A stretch of DNA of 64,000 bases from an uncultured Candidatus Rokubacteria bacterium (lineage in GTDB: Bacteria; Methylomirabilota; Methylomirabilia; Rokubacteriales; CSP1-6): NCBI GenBank assembly GCA_963754315.1, contig CAVWFS010000008.1:448001-512000 (forward strand). Reading direction: 5' to 3'. Below, in pieces: positions 9,081 through 18,698 of this stretch. Made by a program: the position numbers and the translations under genes. The notes under the pieces are model-generated. The model did not search any database. It saw nothing but the letters and a program-made list of their open reading frames with translations, and was not told the DNA's origin. How positions within the stretch are numbered: position 1 is the first letter of the stretch; each line of letters starts with the position of its first letter.

Positions 9081-11396
9081 TCAGGGAACCGCGCGCAGGC
9101 GGCGCCAGAGGCGTTCGCGCGTGAGCGGCATTTCTCGCACCTCGACGGCCAGTGGACGGAGGGCGTCGGCTACCGCGTTGGCGATGGCGGCCGGCGCGGG
9201 GAGGGTGCCGCCTTCACCGGCACCCTTGACACCGAGCGGATTGAGCGGCGAGGGGGTTACCACGTGATGCACGACGAACGGTGGAAGATCGGCCGCCCGC
9301 GGAAGCGCGTAGTCCATCAACGTGCCCGTGAGCAGCTGCCCCCTCGCATCGTAGACGATTTCCTCCAGCAGGGCGTTGCCAACGCCGTGGGCGATGCCGC
9401 CATGAACCTGACCTTCGACCACCATGGGGTTGATCATGGTGCCACAGTCGTCTACCGCGACGTAACGGAGGAGCCGGACGGTGCCGGTCTCGCGGTCGAC
9501 CTCGACGACCGCGGCGTGCGCCCCGCTCGAGTAGGTCGACTGAAGCACGTGCACGTAGCCTGATGCCTCCAGTCCCGGATCCATCTTGCCGGGCAGCGCG
9601 TAGCCGGGACGGGGTGCCGTCGCGATGCCCGCGACGTCGCCAAGGGTGAGCCCGCGCGCCGGGGCGCCACGCACGGTGATGCGGCCGTCTTCCAACGTCA
9701 GATCTTCGGGCGCCGCCTCGAGATGATCGGCGGCCACGGCGATGGCTTTGTGGCGCACCTCGGCGGCGGCGTGGGCGGCCGAGGCGCTGGCCAGCACGGC
9801 GACTCGGCTGGCGAACGTTCCGACCCCGTAGGGAATGCCGGCCGTATCGCCCGGCACGACGGTCACCTGCTCGAGTGGTAACGACAGCTCATCGGCCACG
9901 ACCTGCGCGAGCGTGGTCTCATGGGCCTGGCCCTGACTCGAGGTACCGGAGAACACGAACACGTGACCAAGCGGATCGACCCTGACCCGGATGCCCTCAT
10001 AGGGCCCGAGCCCCGTATCCTCGACGAAGAGGGCAAACCCCACGCCTATAGATCGGCCCTCGGCGCGTGCCCGCTCGCGCTCAGCGGCGAAACTTGCCCA
10101 GCCGACGGCGTCCGCGGCCTTGCGAAGACACTCGGGGTAGTTGCCGCTATCGTAGCGGCGGGGACTGTTGTCCCGTGAGATGAGACCGACGTCGTACGGA
10201 AACTCGGACGGCTGGATCAGGTTGCGCGCGCGGATGGCCACCCGATCGAGCCCGAGGCGCTCGGCGGCGAGGTCGAGCATGCGCTCCATCACGAATACGG
10301 CCTGAGGACGGCCCGCGCCCCGCACCGGCGTGACCGGCACCCGATTGGTGTAGACCGCGGTCAAGGTGACTTCATAGTTCGGTACGCGATAGGGACCGGG
10401 CACGCTGACCGAGGTGATCAGGGGCACGATGACCCCCCAGGACACGAAGGCGCCGCAATCGTGCGCGAACGAATCGCGGAGGGCCACGATCTGTCCGTCA
10501 CGCGTGAGGCCCAGCTCAACGTCATGCCACTGGTCGCGCTCCTGGGTCACGGCGAGCAAGTGCTCACGTCGGGTCTCGATGAAGCGTACCGGACGATTGA
10601 GCGAGCGGGCGAGGAGCGGGATCAGGATGTCTTCGGAATAGACGATGGCCTTGGGCCCGAAGCCGCCCCCGATGTCCTGGGTGACCACGCGCACCGCGTG
10701 CTCGGGAAGGGCGAGGTACCGAGCGAGGAGACGACGCAGGATCTGTGGGGCCTGCGTGGTCGACCAGACGGTGATCTGTCCGAGATCGGCATCCCACCGG
10801 GCTGCGATGGCACGCGTCTCCATGGCCATGCCGGCGCCGCGGTGAAGGTGGAATCGCTCGCGCAGGACGACCTCGGCCCGCGCGAGGCCGCCCGCCGCAT
10901 CGCCCACGCGCTGGCTGAAGTGCGAGGCGACGTTCCCGGCCGGATGGACGCGTGGACCGTCGGTCGCGAGCGCCTCCTCGAGCGATGCGACAGCGGCCAG
11001 CGGCTCGTATTCGACCTTGAGTGCCTCGAGCGCATCAGCGGCTTGGGCGCCGGTCTCGGCAACGACAAGCGCTACCGGCTCGCCAGCGTAGGAGACAATC
11101 TGCTGCGGCAAGATCTCCGGGCAGGCCGGCGAGATCAGGCTAGGGTGGGGAACGAGCAGGGGCAATCGCCCCAGGGTGGCCACGTCGGAGGGGACGAGGA
11201 CGTGGATGACACCGGGCCGTCGCCGCGCTTCGTGGGCCTCGATACGCACGATCCGTGCGTGGGCGTGAGGACTCCGATGGACGGCGACGTGGAGCATTCC
11301 CGGAAGGGCCACATCAGCCACGTAGCGGCCATGACCTCTGACGAGGCGGGCGTCCTCGCGACGGCGTATCCGGGCACCAAAGAGGCGTTCGGCCAT
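9081..11396 (-). CDS. Xanthine dehydrogenase family molybdopterin-binding large subunit (CoxL form II-like)
   Basis: RREDARLVRGHGRY, GGGFGPK, PVRGAGRP, SQGQAHET, GQVHGG, GVKGAGEGG. Confidence 0.92.
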   Translation of the reverse strand: MAERLFGARIRRREDARLVRGHGRYVADVALPGMLHVAVHRSPHAHARIVRIEAHEARRRPGVIHVLVPSDVATLGRLPLLVPHPSLISPACPEILPQQIVSYAGEPVALVVAETGAQAADALEALKVEYEPLAAVASLEEALATDGPRVHPAGNVASHFSQRVGDAAGGLARAEVVLRERFHLHRGAGMAMETRAIAARWDADLGQITVWSTTQAPQILRRLLARYLALPEHAVRVVTQDIGGGFGPKAIVYSEDILIPLLARSLNRPVRFIETRREHLLAVTQERDQWHDVELGLTRDGQIVALRDSFAHDCGAFVSWGVIVPLITSVSVPGPYRVPNYEVTLTAVYTNRVPVTPVRGAGRPQAVFVMERMLDLAAERLGLDRVAIRARNLIQPSEFPYDVGLISRDNSPRRYDSGNYPECLRKAADAVGWASFAAERERARAEGRSIGVGFALFVEDTGLGPYEGIRVRVDPLGHVFVFSGTSSQGQAHETTLAQVVADELSLPLEQVTVVPGDTAGIPYGVGTFASRVAVLASASAAHAAAEVRHKAIAVAADHLEAAPEDLTLEDGRITVRGAPARGLTLGDVAGIATAPRPGYALPGKMDPGLEASGYVHVLQSTYSSGAHAAVVEVDRETGTVRLLRYVAVDDCGTMINPMVVEGQVHGGIAHGVGNALLEEIVYDARGQLLTGTLMDYALPRAADLPPFVVHHVVTPSPLNPLGVKGAGEGGTLPAPAAIANAVADALRPLAVEVREMPLTRERLWRRLRAVP

Positions 11397-11653
11397 GGCG
11401 TGCCTCAGCCGCCCGCCGGGCGCAGCCCGGTGCCCGCACGGTTCCACAAGTCAGCCGCTATCGCCCTCCGCTGCATCACCTCTCCAGGAAACTGACCCGG
11501 TGCGAACCGCCTCTGTCAATCGACCGCGTGAGCGGACGGTAGTGTATCAGTATTGATTGCCGAGGCGGCCGAGGCGCAGTACCAGCTCGTCTGCGCTGCG
11601 CTATCATCGCTCTCTGGGCTGCCCCAGACCAGCCCATGGGTGAGGAGACAACC

Positions 11654-12838
11654 ATGCTGGAGAAGCTATCGGCCGACGTGTGCGTTCCCCGCGACGCACG
11701 CGAGGCTCTGCTTATCGGTCGCGCCTGGACGGTGCGAGACGGGGGACCATCCGTGATCGCCGTGCGCGGTCAGGAGGCCGTGGATCTGACGCGAGTCTAT
11801 CCGACGGTCAGCCAACTCCTGAACGTGGCGAAGCCGGCTGAGCTTCGGCAGGCGATCAAGCAGGCTCCGTCGATCGGGCCCCTGGCGGACCTTGTCGCGA
11901 ACAGTGTGGAGGGACACCGCGATCCCTCGAAGCCGTGGCTGCTGGCCCCCTGTGACCTGCAGGCGGTCAAGGCCAGCGGGGTGACGTTCATCGCGAGCCT
12001 GCTCGAGCGCGTCATCGAAGAACGCGCGCGGGGGAATCCCGCCCTCGCCGATGGTGTCCGACGCGAGATCGAGGCGATCATTGGTCCTGATCTGCGCGGC
12101 CTACGGCCGGGTTCGCCAGAGGCGGCCAGGGTCAAAGAGGTGCTGGTGGCCCGGGGCATGTGGTCGCAGTATCTCGAGGTTGGCATCGGGCCTGACGCGG
12201 AGCTGTTCACGAAGTGTCCGCCCATGGCGGCGGTGGGACTGGGAGCGCGGGTCGGCATCCATCCGACCTCGGTCTGGAGTAACCCCGAGCCCGAGCTGGT
12301 GCTCGCCATCAACAGCGCGGGCACCATCGTGGCGGTCGCCCTCGGCAATGACGTGAACCTGCGAGACGTCGAGGGACGCAGCGCGTTGTTGCTGGCCCGT
12401 GCCAAGGATAACAACGCCTCGTGCGCGATCGGCCCCTTCTTCCGGGTGCTGGACGAGACCTTCACGCTCGATGTCGTGCGCCGCCTCAGCTTCGAGACGG
12501 TGGTGGAGGGTCGCGATGGGTTCCGGGTGACGCACACCACGCGCGTGAGTGAGATCAGCCGTGACCTCGCCGATCTGGCCACCCAGGCCATCGGCCGCCA
12601 TCACCAGTATCCCGACGGGTTCGTGCTGTTCATCGGGACCATGTTCGCGCCCGTCGACGATCGCGGCGCTCCCGGCAGCGGTTTCACCCACAAGGTCGGG
12701 GACGTCGTGAGGATCTCGGCTTCCGAGCTTGGCTCCCTGGTCAACGAGGTGGTCTTCTGTGATCAGGCGGAGCCGTGGACCTTCGGGACGGGCGCTCTGA
12801 TGGCGAACCTGGCGCGCCGGGGTCTTCTGCGAGCCTAG
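11654..12838 (+). CDS. Fumarylacetoacetate hydrolase family protein (XylX-like dehydratase subgroup)
   Basis: LAPCDLQAVKASGVTF, ELFTK, NPEPE, GNDVNLRDVEGRSALLL, GTMFAP. Confidence 0.88.
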   Translation: MLEKLSADVCVPRDAREALLIGRAWTVRDGGPSVIAVRGQEAVDLTRVYPTVSQLLNVAKPAELRQAIKQAPSIGPLADLVANSVEGHRDPSKPWLLAPCDLQAVKASGVTFIASLLERVIEERARGNPALADGVRREIEAIIGPDLRGLRPGSPEAARVKEVLVARGMWSQYLEVGIGPDAELFTKCPPMAAVGLGARVGIHPTSVWSNPEPELVLAINSAGTIVAVALGNDVNLRDVEGRSALLLARAKDNNASCAIGPFFRVLDETFTLDVVRRLSFETVVEGRDGFRVTHTTRVSEISRDLADLATQAIGRHHQYPDGFVLFIGTMFAPVDDRGAPGSGFTHKVGDVVRISASELGSLVNEVVFCDQAEPWTFGTGALMANLARRGLLRA

Positions 12839-12872
12839 ATAATCGCGAGAGCGCGGGCACCGCGATCGAGCC

Positions 12873-13430
12873 ATGAGCAAGCACACACACGTGATCGAGC
12901 GGTTGACTCTGCCGGTGGGTGACTCCGATCTTCGTTCTCTCGCCCAACTTCTAGTCGACGCGGTCGAGTCCGGGGCGGCCGTGAGCTTTCTCGCGCCTCT
13001 CCCGCTCGAGCGCGCGGAAGACTGGTGGCGAAGGACCATCGCGGCGTCCCACTCCGGGGCGATCTTCCTCGTCGCTCGCGATGCCGAAGGAATCGTGGGT
13101 ACCGTCCAACTCCACCCGGCCTGGGCACCGAACCAGCCGCATCGCGCGGAGATTGCGAAGCTGCTGGTCCATCGTCGGAGCCGCCGCACGCGTCTGGGCA
13201 CTCAGCTGATGCACACCATCGAGGACGCGGCGCGGCACGCCGGGTTTGGCCTCCTGACGCTCGACACGAAGCAGGGAGACGGGGCCGAGCGCTTGTATCG
13301 AAATCTCGGCTGGATCCCCGTGGGGACGATCCCAGGGTATGCCCTCAATCCGGACCGAACCCTGCACGCCACGGTGATCTTCTACAAGGATCTGAATCGA
13401 GCCGGTTCCTCACGGACTGGGCCAGGCTGA
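12873..13430 (+). CDS. GNAT family N-acetyltransferase
   Basis: NQPHRAEIAKLLVH..SRRTRLGTQLM, LLTLDT, AERLY..LGW, GTIPGYA. Confidence 0.88.
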   Translation: MSKHTHVIERLTLPVGDSDLRSLAQLLVDAVESGAAVSFLAPLPLERAEDWWRRTIAASHSGAIFLVARDAEGIVGTVQLHPAWAPNQPHRAEIAKLLVHRRSRRTRLGTQLMHTIEDAARHAGFGLLTLDTKQGDGAERLYRNLGWIPVGTIPGYALNPDRTLHATVIFYKDLNRAGSSRTGPG

Positions 13431-13526
13431 TGCTGGCTCGCGCGCGCTCGCCGCGGCCTCTCAACGCGGGACGCTCGCCTGGGGTAACTCAGTGAAACGC
13501 AGGAGCCGTGCCGATGCCAAGACTAT

Positions 13527-13850
13527 ATGAGCGATACCCTTGGTCGGGTCGTCCAGCTTATTCAGGAAGGGCGGGTTCTGGTCTCAATACACGGCTATGA
13601 CGAGATGGCCGAGGATGGCATTCTCGCCGTTGAGGCGATCGAGGGAGCTGCGGTCGCAACCGTGATCGAGGACTACCCGGAATACGGCAAGGGGCCTTGT
13701 ACGCTGGTGCTCCAACGAGACCGGGGCGGGCGCCCGATCCATGTGGTGTGGGGCATCCCGCGGGGACAGGTCAGCGTCGCCAGCGCGTGCTGGCTGACGG
13801 CCTACCGGCCTCGATCCCCGCAGGTGAATCGAGCTCGACGACTTCGATAA
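13527..13850 (+). CDS. DUF4258-like protein (putative type II toxin); 3' end degraded
   Basis: ISxHGYDEMAEDGI...VIEDYPEYGKGPCTLVLQ...PIHVVWGIP...LTAYRP pattern. Confidence 0.7.
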   Translation: MSDTLGRVVQLIQEGRVLVSIHGYDEMAEDGILAVEAIEGAAVATVIEDYPEYGKGPCTLVLQRDRGGRPIHVVWGIPRGQVSVASACWLTAYRPRSPQVNRARRLR

Positions 13851-13867
13851 CACGCCGGCGGAGGGAG

Positions 13868-14110
13868 ATGATGAGACAGAGACGAGCAGCCACACCAAAC
13901 TCGTACAGCGAGTGGGACGTGAAAGCTGCCGCAGAGGTTGAGGTACGAGCGTGATCGACGCGGCATCGGCCGGCTGGGCGACCCCTGGCGGGTATGACCT
14001 CGATCCGAAGCATTCTTGCGTGGAGCACGCTTCGACGAGGGCTTCGACGAGGTACGCTGAACCGGCGCTACGGCGGAGCGTGAGGCCATCCGAATATCGG
14101 TGCCGCGCTG
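13868..14110 (+). pseudogene. Degenerate small partner gene (probable antitoxin) of the DUF4258-like gene
   Basis: GGAG RBS then MRQRR..HTKLV..AAEVEV..IDA..GW..LDE..LRR readable only across several frames. Confidence 0.45.
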
Positions 14111-14552
14111 CGCGACCCGGCGCGAGAGAAGAGGCTATGGTCAGCAACTCACGGCCGCTCTCGGCATGAACGCCGACGGAGCAAGCGTATGCAGCAGGCT
14201 CGCGGCAGAGAGCCTACGACCGTTCATCGCCAGTGCACGGATGTTGTGCTCCTCGACCCGGATACGCCGCTGACTTCCGAGGTGCTTCCGTAGTCGTAAA
14301 TACGCGCTTCGTTGTTGTCTCTTTGGCAAGGGCACAGGTGGATGCCGAAGTCGGGAACGGTTCGGGGCACGATCGCCGAACAGGCCGCTCAGCCGCGGAT
14401 CCACAGAGCGTGGCGCACCGAGGGGGTGCGGGCGCAGCTCGCGGCTGAGCGGCAACGTTGTGCGCCACGGGCCCCGGGGCGTCATCTGACACATTGTCTC
14501 CGGACTCGGGCCCGGCGCAAAGTCCTGCCGCCAAAAGCGCCGTGCTCGGAAG

Positions 14553-14775
14553 AATCCCGATGGGCTCGTCCTGTTCATCGGGACCGCACCCGTGGCCGAT
14601 CGCGGCGCCCCGGGAGCGGATTCACCGACAAGGTGGGTGACGTCGTCAGAACTCAACCCCTGAGCCGGGGACGCGGGTCAATGATGTGGTGTTATGCGAT
14701 CAAGCGGAAACGTGGACCTTCGGGACGAGACCTCTGATGGCCAACCTCACCCGCCGGGGATTGCTGGGGACGTAG
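14553..14775 (+). pseudogene. Diverged duplicate of the 3' end of the FAH-family gene (12609-12838)
   Basis: cccgatgggctcgtcctgttcatcgggacc, ttcaccgacaaggtgggtgacgtcgt and cgtggaccttcgggacg..ctctgatggccaacct..cgccgggg match 12609-12838 colinearly down to a TAG. Confidence 0.8.
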
Positions 14776-14826
14776 ACAATGGTTCCGCGCCATCGGCCTA
14801 GGATGAAGAAGTTGCCAGGATGGCGC

Positions 14827-14856
14827 TTGACCCCCGAAGAGGGACGGGTGTATAGA
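14827..14856 (+). promoter_or_regulatory. Sigma70-like promoter, near-leaderless, for the antitoxin-PIN pair
   Basis: TTGACC (14827), 18 nt spacer, TATAGA (14851) preceded by TG; ATG at 14864. Confidence 0.45.
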
Positions 14857-14863
14857 TAGGCGC

Positions 14864-15112
14864 ATGCCGCGCATGCAAGTTTACCTGCCTGACGACCTCT
14901 ACGATCTGATCAAGAAGCGCCGATTGCCGGCGTCAGAGCTCTTGCAGAAAGCCGTGCGGGCTGAAGTGCGTCGTTTGGATTTGCTGGCGGAGAGCGACCG
15001 CTACGTCGCCGATTTGGTGTCGCAGGTAGGGCGGCCCAACGCCGCCGAACGCTCCCGAGCAAGCGCCGTCGCTGGACGAATCGCGAGGCGAGCGACCCGC
15101 AAGGTCGGTTGA
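14864..15112 (+). CDS. Type II antitoxin (ribbon-helix-helix / CcdA-VapB-like)
   Basis: MPRMQVYLPDDLYDLIKKRRLPASELLQKAVRAEVRR; overlaps the start of the PIN gene. Confidence 0.75.
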   Translation: MPRMQVYLPDDLYDLIKKRRLPASELLQKAVRAEVRRLDLLAESDRYVADLVSQVGRPNAAERSRASAVAGRIARRATRKVG

Positions 15113-15498
15113 GCGCCGTGCTGGTGCTCGATTCGAGTGCGGTCAGCCGCCTCGCGGAGCGCTCTCGGCCGGTGCTAGCTCTGATCCTGGCCCTCCGCGA
15201 GGAGGGCCTGTGGCCTCCCGTGGTTCCGTCGATCGTCCTCGTGGAGTGTCTGCAGGGACACGCCGGCCGCGACGCCGCCGAGAACAAGTTCCTCAAGACA
15301 TGCGAGATCGTGGAGGAGATAGGCGAGCCGCTCGCGAGACGCGCAGCCTATCTGCGCCGACATGCTCGTCTAGGCTCGGCCGTCGACGCGCTGGTCGTCG
15401 CGATCGCCGAACCCGACGGGACTGTGCTCACCTCGGATCCAGACGACTTGGAACCGCTCGCCTCTCACGCCCGGCGCGTCAGGATCGAACGCATCTGA
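15109..15498 (+). CDS. PIN-domain toxin (VapC-like)
   Basis: VLVLDSSA, VLVEC, AVDALVVA and VLTSDPDDL acidic PIN motifs. Confidence 0.85.
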   Translation: MSAVLVLDSSAVSRLAERSRPVLALILALREEGLWPPVVPSIVLVECLQGHAGRDAAENKFLKTCEIVEEIGEPLARRAAYLRRHARLGSAVDALVVAIAEPDGTVLTSDPDDLEPLASHARRVRIERI

Positions 15499-15530
15499 GC
15501 CGCCGCCGAATGGTGGAATAGGACGCGGCC

Positions 15531-15877
15531 ATGGCAAAGCCGAAGAGAGCCGGGCGGGCAGGGAAGAATGGGAGCAGCGCCACGGTCGGCTATGAGGCGC
15601 AGCTCTGGCAGATGGCCGACGCGCTGCGCGGCAGCATGGACGCCGCCGAGTACAAGCACGTCGTCCTGGGCCTGATCTTCCTCAAGTACATCTCCGACGC
15701 CTTCGAGGAGCAGCACGCCAAGCTGGTCGCGGAGAAGTCCAAGGGTGCGGACCCCGAGGACCCGGACGAGTACCGCGCCCTGAGCATCTTCTGGGTGCCA
15801 CCCGAGGCGCGCTGGGCGCACCTGAAGGGCCAGGCCCGCCAGGCGACCATCGGCCAGCTCGTCGACGACGCCATGAC
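15531..15877 (+). pseudogene. hsdM: Truncated type I restriction-modification M subunit (N-terminal domain only)
   Basis: [34 protein letters not shown]...FWVPPEARW...IGQLVDDAM, then homology stops abruptly. Confidence 0.85.
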
Positions 15878-16100
15878 CGGTCGAATTTTGCACATTGCCG
15901 GTTCAGACAGGCCGGTCAGAATTCTTCAACCTCGACGTTATCGTCTCCGTCGGCTAGCGAGTCAAGCCGCCCAGGGCACGCGCTTTCGCCAGTGGGCCAC
16001 CCGCACCCTGCGTGAGCACTTGCTGCGCGGCTGATACGCTAAACGAGCGCCGGCTGCGGAGCAGGGTATGAACGAGGTCGAGCAGGCGTCGACCTGCTCG
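15878..16100 (+). pseudogene. Internal fragment of a RhuM-family (virulence protein) gene, frameshifted
   Basis: Across frames: [51 protein letters not shown]. Confidence 0.75.
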
Positions 16101-16229
16101 CCCGCCGCTGACCGCGCTCCTCTCCGCGGAATAGGCGGTCGCATGAGTCACGTCGGTGAGCGGTTTATCTGAGAGGCTTGACTCGGCCGGGGCGGAGCGC
16201 GATGCTCCCCGGGCAGGCCAAACGGGGAG

Positions 16230-17126
16230 GTGTCAGTGAGTGACCCGATCAGCATCCAGTTCACGCGCTTTTCCGCCTTCTATTCGCCGCTGATCGCCAC
16301 CATTGCCGGCGGCTTCCTCAAAGAGGAAGGGCTCGAGCCGGTGCACTCGATCGCCCCGGCCGGTACCTCGGCCATCGAGGGGCTGGTGAAGGGAACGGTA
16401 CACGTCTGTCAGTCGGCGCCGTCTCAGGGATTCGGTCCCCTGGAAAAGGGCCAGCGGCCGCCGGCCGTGCACTTCGCTCAGATCAACGAGAAGGACGGAT
16501 TCTTTCTCACCGCTCGCGCGCCTGATCCGGCGTTCACCTGGGACAAGCTGCGAGGCAAACGGGTGCTCGTTGACCATGGCGGTCAGCCGCTCGCCATGTT
16601 CAAGTATGCCTGCCATCGTCGGGGGCTGGACTACTCGGCCATCCACGCCGTCGACGTGCCGAGCGGGCAGATGGATCAGGCCTTCCGGAAAGGCGACGGA
16701 GACTACATTCACCAGCAAGGCCCGGCCCCGCAGCAGCTCGAGCACGATGGTGTCGGTCACGTGGTGGCTTCGGTGGGCGAGGCGATTGGCCCCTGTGCGT
16801 TCTCGAGTCTGGCCGCCACCCGTGAGTGGTTGCGCACGGACATGGCCAAGCGGTTCATGCGAGCCTATCGCAAGGCGCGTGCCTGGATCGTCAACACGCC
16901 GCCGGCCACCATTGCCGCCGCGGAGGCCTCGTTCTTTCCAGAGATCGACCGAGCCGTCCTCACCGCGACCTTGACCTACTATCAGAAGCTCGGCTGCTGG
17001 ACGCCGCACGTGGAGATCACGCGTCCGGCCTTCGAGGTAGCCCTCGACGTCTTCCAGCATGCTGGTCTGATCACCAAGCGGCACGCGTACGAGGACGTGG
17101 TGGCGGCGCCGCCTGACGGGACCTGA
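16230..17126 (+). CDS. NMT1/THI5-SsuA-like substrate-binding-fold protein
   Basis: FYSPLIATIAGGFLKEEGLE, DGFFL, W.KL.GKRV; no obvious signal peptide and no adjacent permease. Confidence 0.75.
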   Translation: MSVSDPISIQFTRFSAFYSPLIATIAGGFLKEEGLEPVHSIAPAGTSAIEGLVKGTVHVCQSAPSQGFGPLEKGQRPPAVHFAQINEKDGFFLTARAPDPAFTWDKLRGKRVLVDHGGQPLAMFKYACHRRGLDYSAIHAVDVPSGQMDQAFRKGDGDYIHQQGPAPQQLEHDGVGHVVASVGEAIGPCAFSSLAATREWLRTDMAKRFMRAYRKARAWIVNTPPATIAAAEASFFPEIDRAVLTATLTYYQKLGCWTPHVEITRPAFEVALDVFQHAGLITKRHAYEDVVAAPPDGT

Positions 17127-17185
17127 GGGACGCGCGCAGACTCGTTGGGCGAGAGCGAGACACGTCGAACAAGGAGAGCGAGATC

Positions 17186-17494
17186 ATGGCTGATGTGCTG
17201 ACGGTGGTTGCGAAGATCCGGGCGGCAAAAGGGAAGGGTGACGCCCTGGCCGCCTTGCTCAAAGAACAGGTGGCGGCGGTACGGAAGGCGGAGCCGGGTT
17301 GTCTGGTGTACCGCCCGCATCGGTCCACCAAGGACCCCGACGTGTTCGTCTTCTACGAACAGTACAAGGACGACGCCGCCTTCGACGCTCACCGCAAGGC
17401 GCCCCATCTGGCCGCCTATCGCGAACGTCGCGAGAAGGAAGGGCTCATCGAGGGCCCGGCCGAGGTCGAGATCTACCGCTCGATCACCGACTAG
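17186..17494 (+). CDS. Antibiotic biosynthesis monooxygenase (ABM) family protein
   Basis: EPGCLVY, DPDVFVFYEQYKDDAAFDAHRKAPH; AAGGAG RBS. Confidence 0.88.
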   Translation: MADVLTVVAKIRAAKGKGDALAALLKEQVAAVRKAEPGCLVYRPHRSTKDPDVFVFYEQYKDDAAFDAHRKAPHLAAYRERREKEGLIEGPAEVEIYRSITD

Positions 17495-17537
17495 CGGGCA
17501 ACGCGGCGCCCACCACCGACGAACCAAAGGAGGGTCC

Positions 17538-18667
17538 GTGCTCTTCACATGTCCTGGGCCGGCCGCCCGCGGTGGCCGGCCGCCGGCCGGCAAGGGTGGC
17601 CCACGGCCCTTCTGTATCGACGTGCACTGTCACGTGCACTACCCGCCTGCTGACGAGATGGTGAAACACGCGTTCAGGCCGGAGCAGGAACCATCCGCGC
17701 GGTTCTCCAATGATCTCTCGCGGACCACCAATCAGAAGCAGATGCAGAACGTCCACCAGTGCCTGACGTCGGTGGAGCAGCGCCTGCGCGACATGGACAA
17801 GATGGGGGTCGACGTCCAGGCCATCTCCTGCTCGCCCTTCCAGTTCAAGTACTCCCTCGATCCGGAGCTTGGGCAGAGGGCCGCCCGCGCCATCAACGAG
17901 CATCTGGCGGCGATCGTGCAAAAGCACCCGCACCGGTTCGTGGCCCTCGCCAACGTGCCGCTGCAGGCGCCAGACGCGGCCGCGGCCGAGCTCGAATACT
18001 GCGTCAAGACCCTCGGCTTCCGAGGCGTGGAGATCGGAACCAACGTTGCCGGCGCCGAAGTTTCGCGCGGCCGGGACGCGTTCTGGGCCATGGTGCAGGA
18101 GCTCGACGTCATGGTGTTCATGCATCCCAACGGGTTCACGGGTGGAGAGCGGTTGGCCGACCATTACTTCATCAACGTCATTGGCAATCCGCTCGACTCG
18201 ACGGTGGCCATCGCCCATCTCGTCTTCGACGGGGTACTGGAGCGCTTTCCCCGGCTGAAGATCGTGGCCGCCCACGGGGGCGGCTACGTCTCGCACTATC
18301 CGGCCCGCATGGATCATGTCTGGAACGCGCGCGTGGATGCCCGGACGGTGCTCAAGAAGCGGCCGCGTCAGTCGCTCGCCAAGCTGTACTTCGACACGAT
18401 CGTGTTCGACCGCGCGCAACTGCAACACCTGGTGAACCTGTGGGGTGTCGATCACGTCGTGGTCGGCACCGACTATCCCTACGACATGGGGTGGTACGAC
18501 CCGCGGGGATTCGTGGACGGCTGCGACTTTCTCAAGGCTGCCGACAAGGCCAGGATCATGGGGGGCAACGCCGCCAAGCTCCTGAAGATCACCAACCGCC
18601 TGCGCTCGATGGGCATCGCCGCTGCCGTCAAGAGCTCAGGAGCGACCCGCCCCTCCGCAAGAAGTGA
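17538..18667 (+). CDS. Amidohydrolase_2 family protein (ACMSD/LigW-like); stop probably displaced by a homopolymer indel
   Basis: IDVHCH, FMHP, AHGGG, GTDYPY; AAAGGAGG RBS before GTG 17538; one extra C near 18650 gives ...ATRPLRKK-TGA at 18667. Confidence 0.85.
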
Positions 18668-18698
18668 AGGAGGAGAGTTCCGAGCAGAGCGGTCGCTA

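Noticed and set aside
9081..11396. Aerobic CO dehydrogenase (form I coxL)
   Set aside because: Lacks the AYxCSFR copper-binding motif, and no coxM/coxS are adjacent
16032..16034. TGA in the rhuM fragment as a second Sec codon
   Set aside because: No Cys/Sec motif context; explained by an indel in a degraded GY(T)LNE segment
12838..16100. Integron cassette array (small genes and TA modules)
   Set aside because: No recognisable attC sites (RYYYAAC...GTTRRRY) and no integrase in the window
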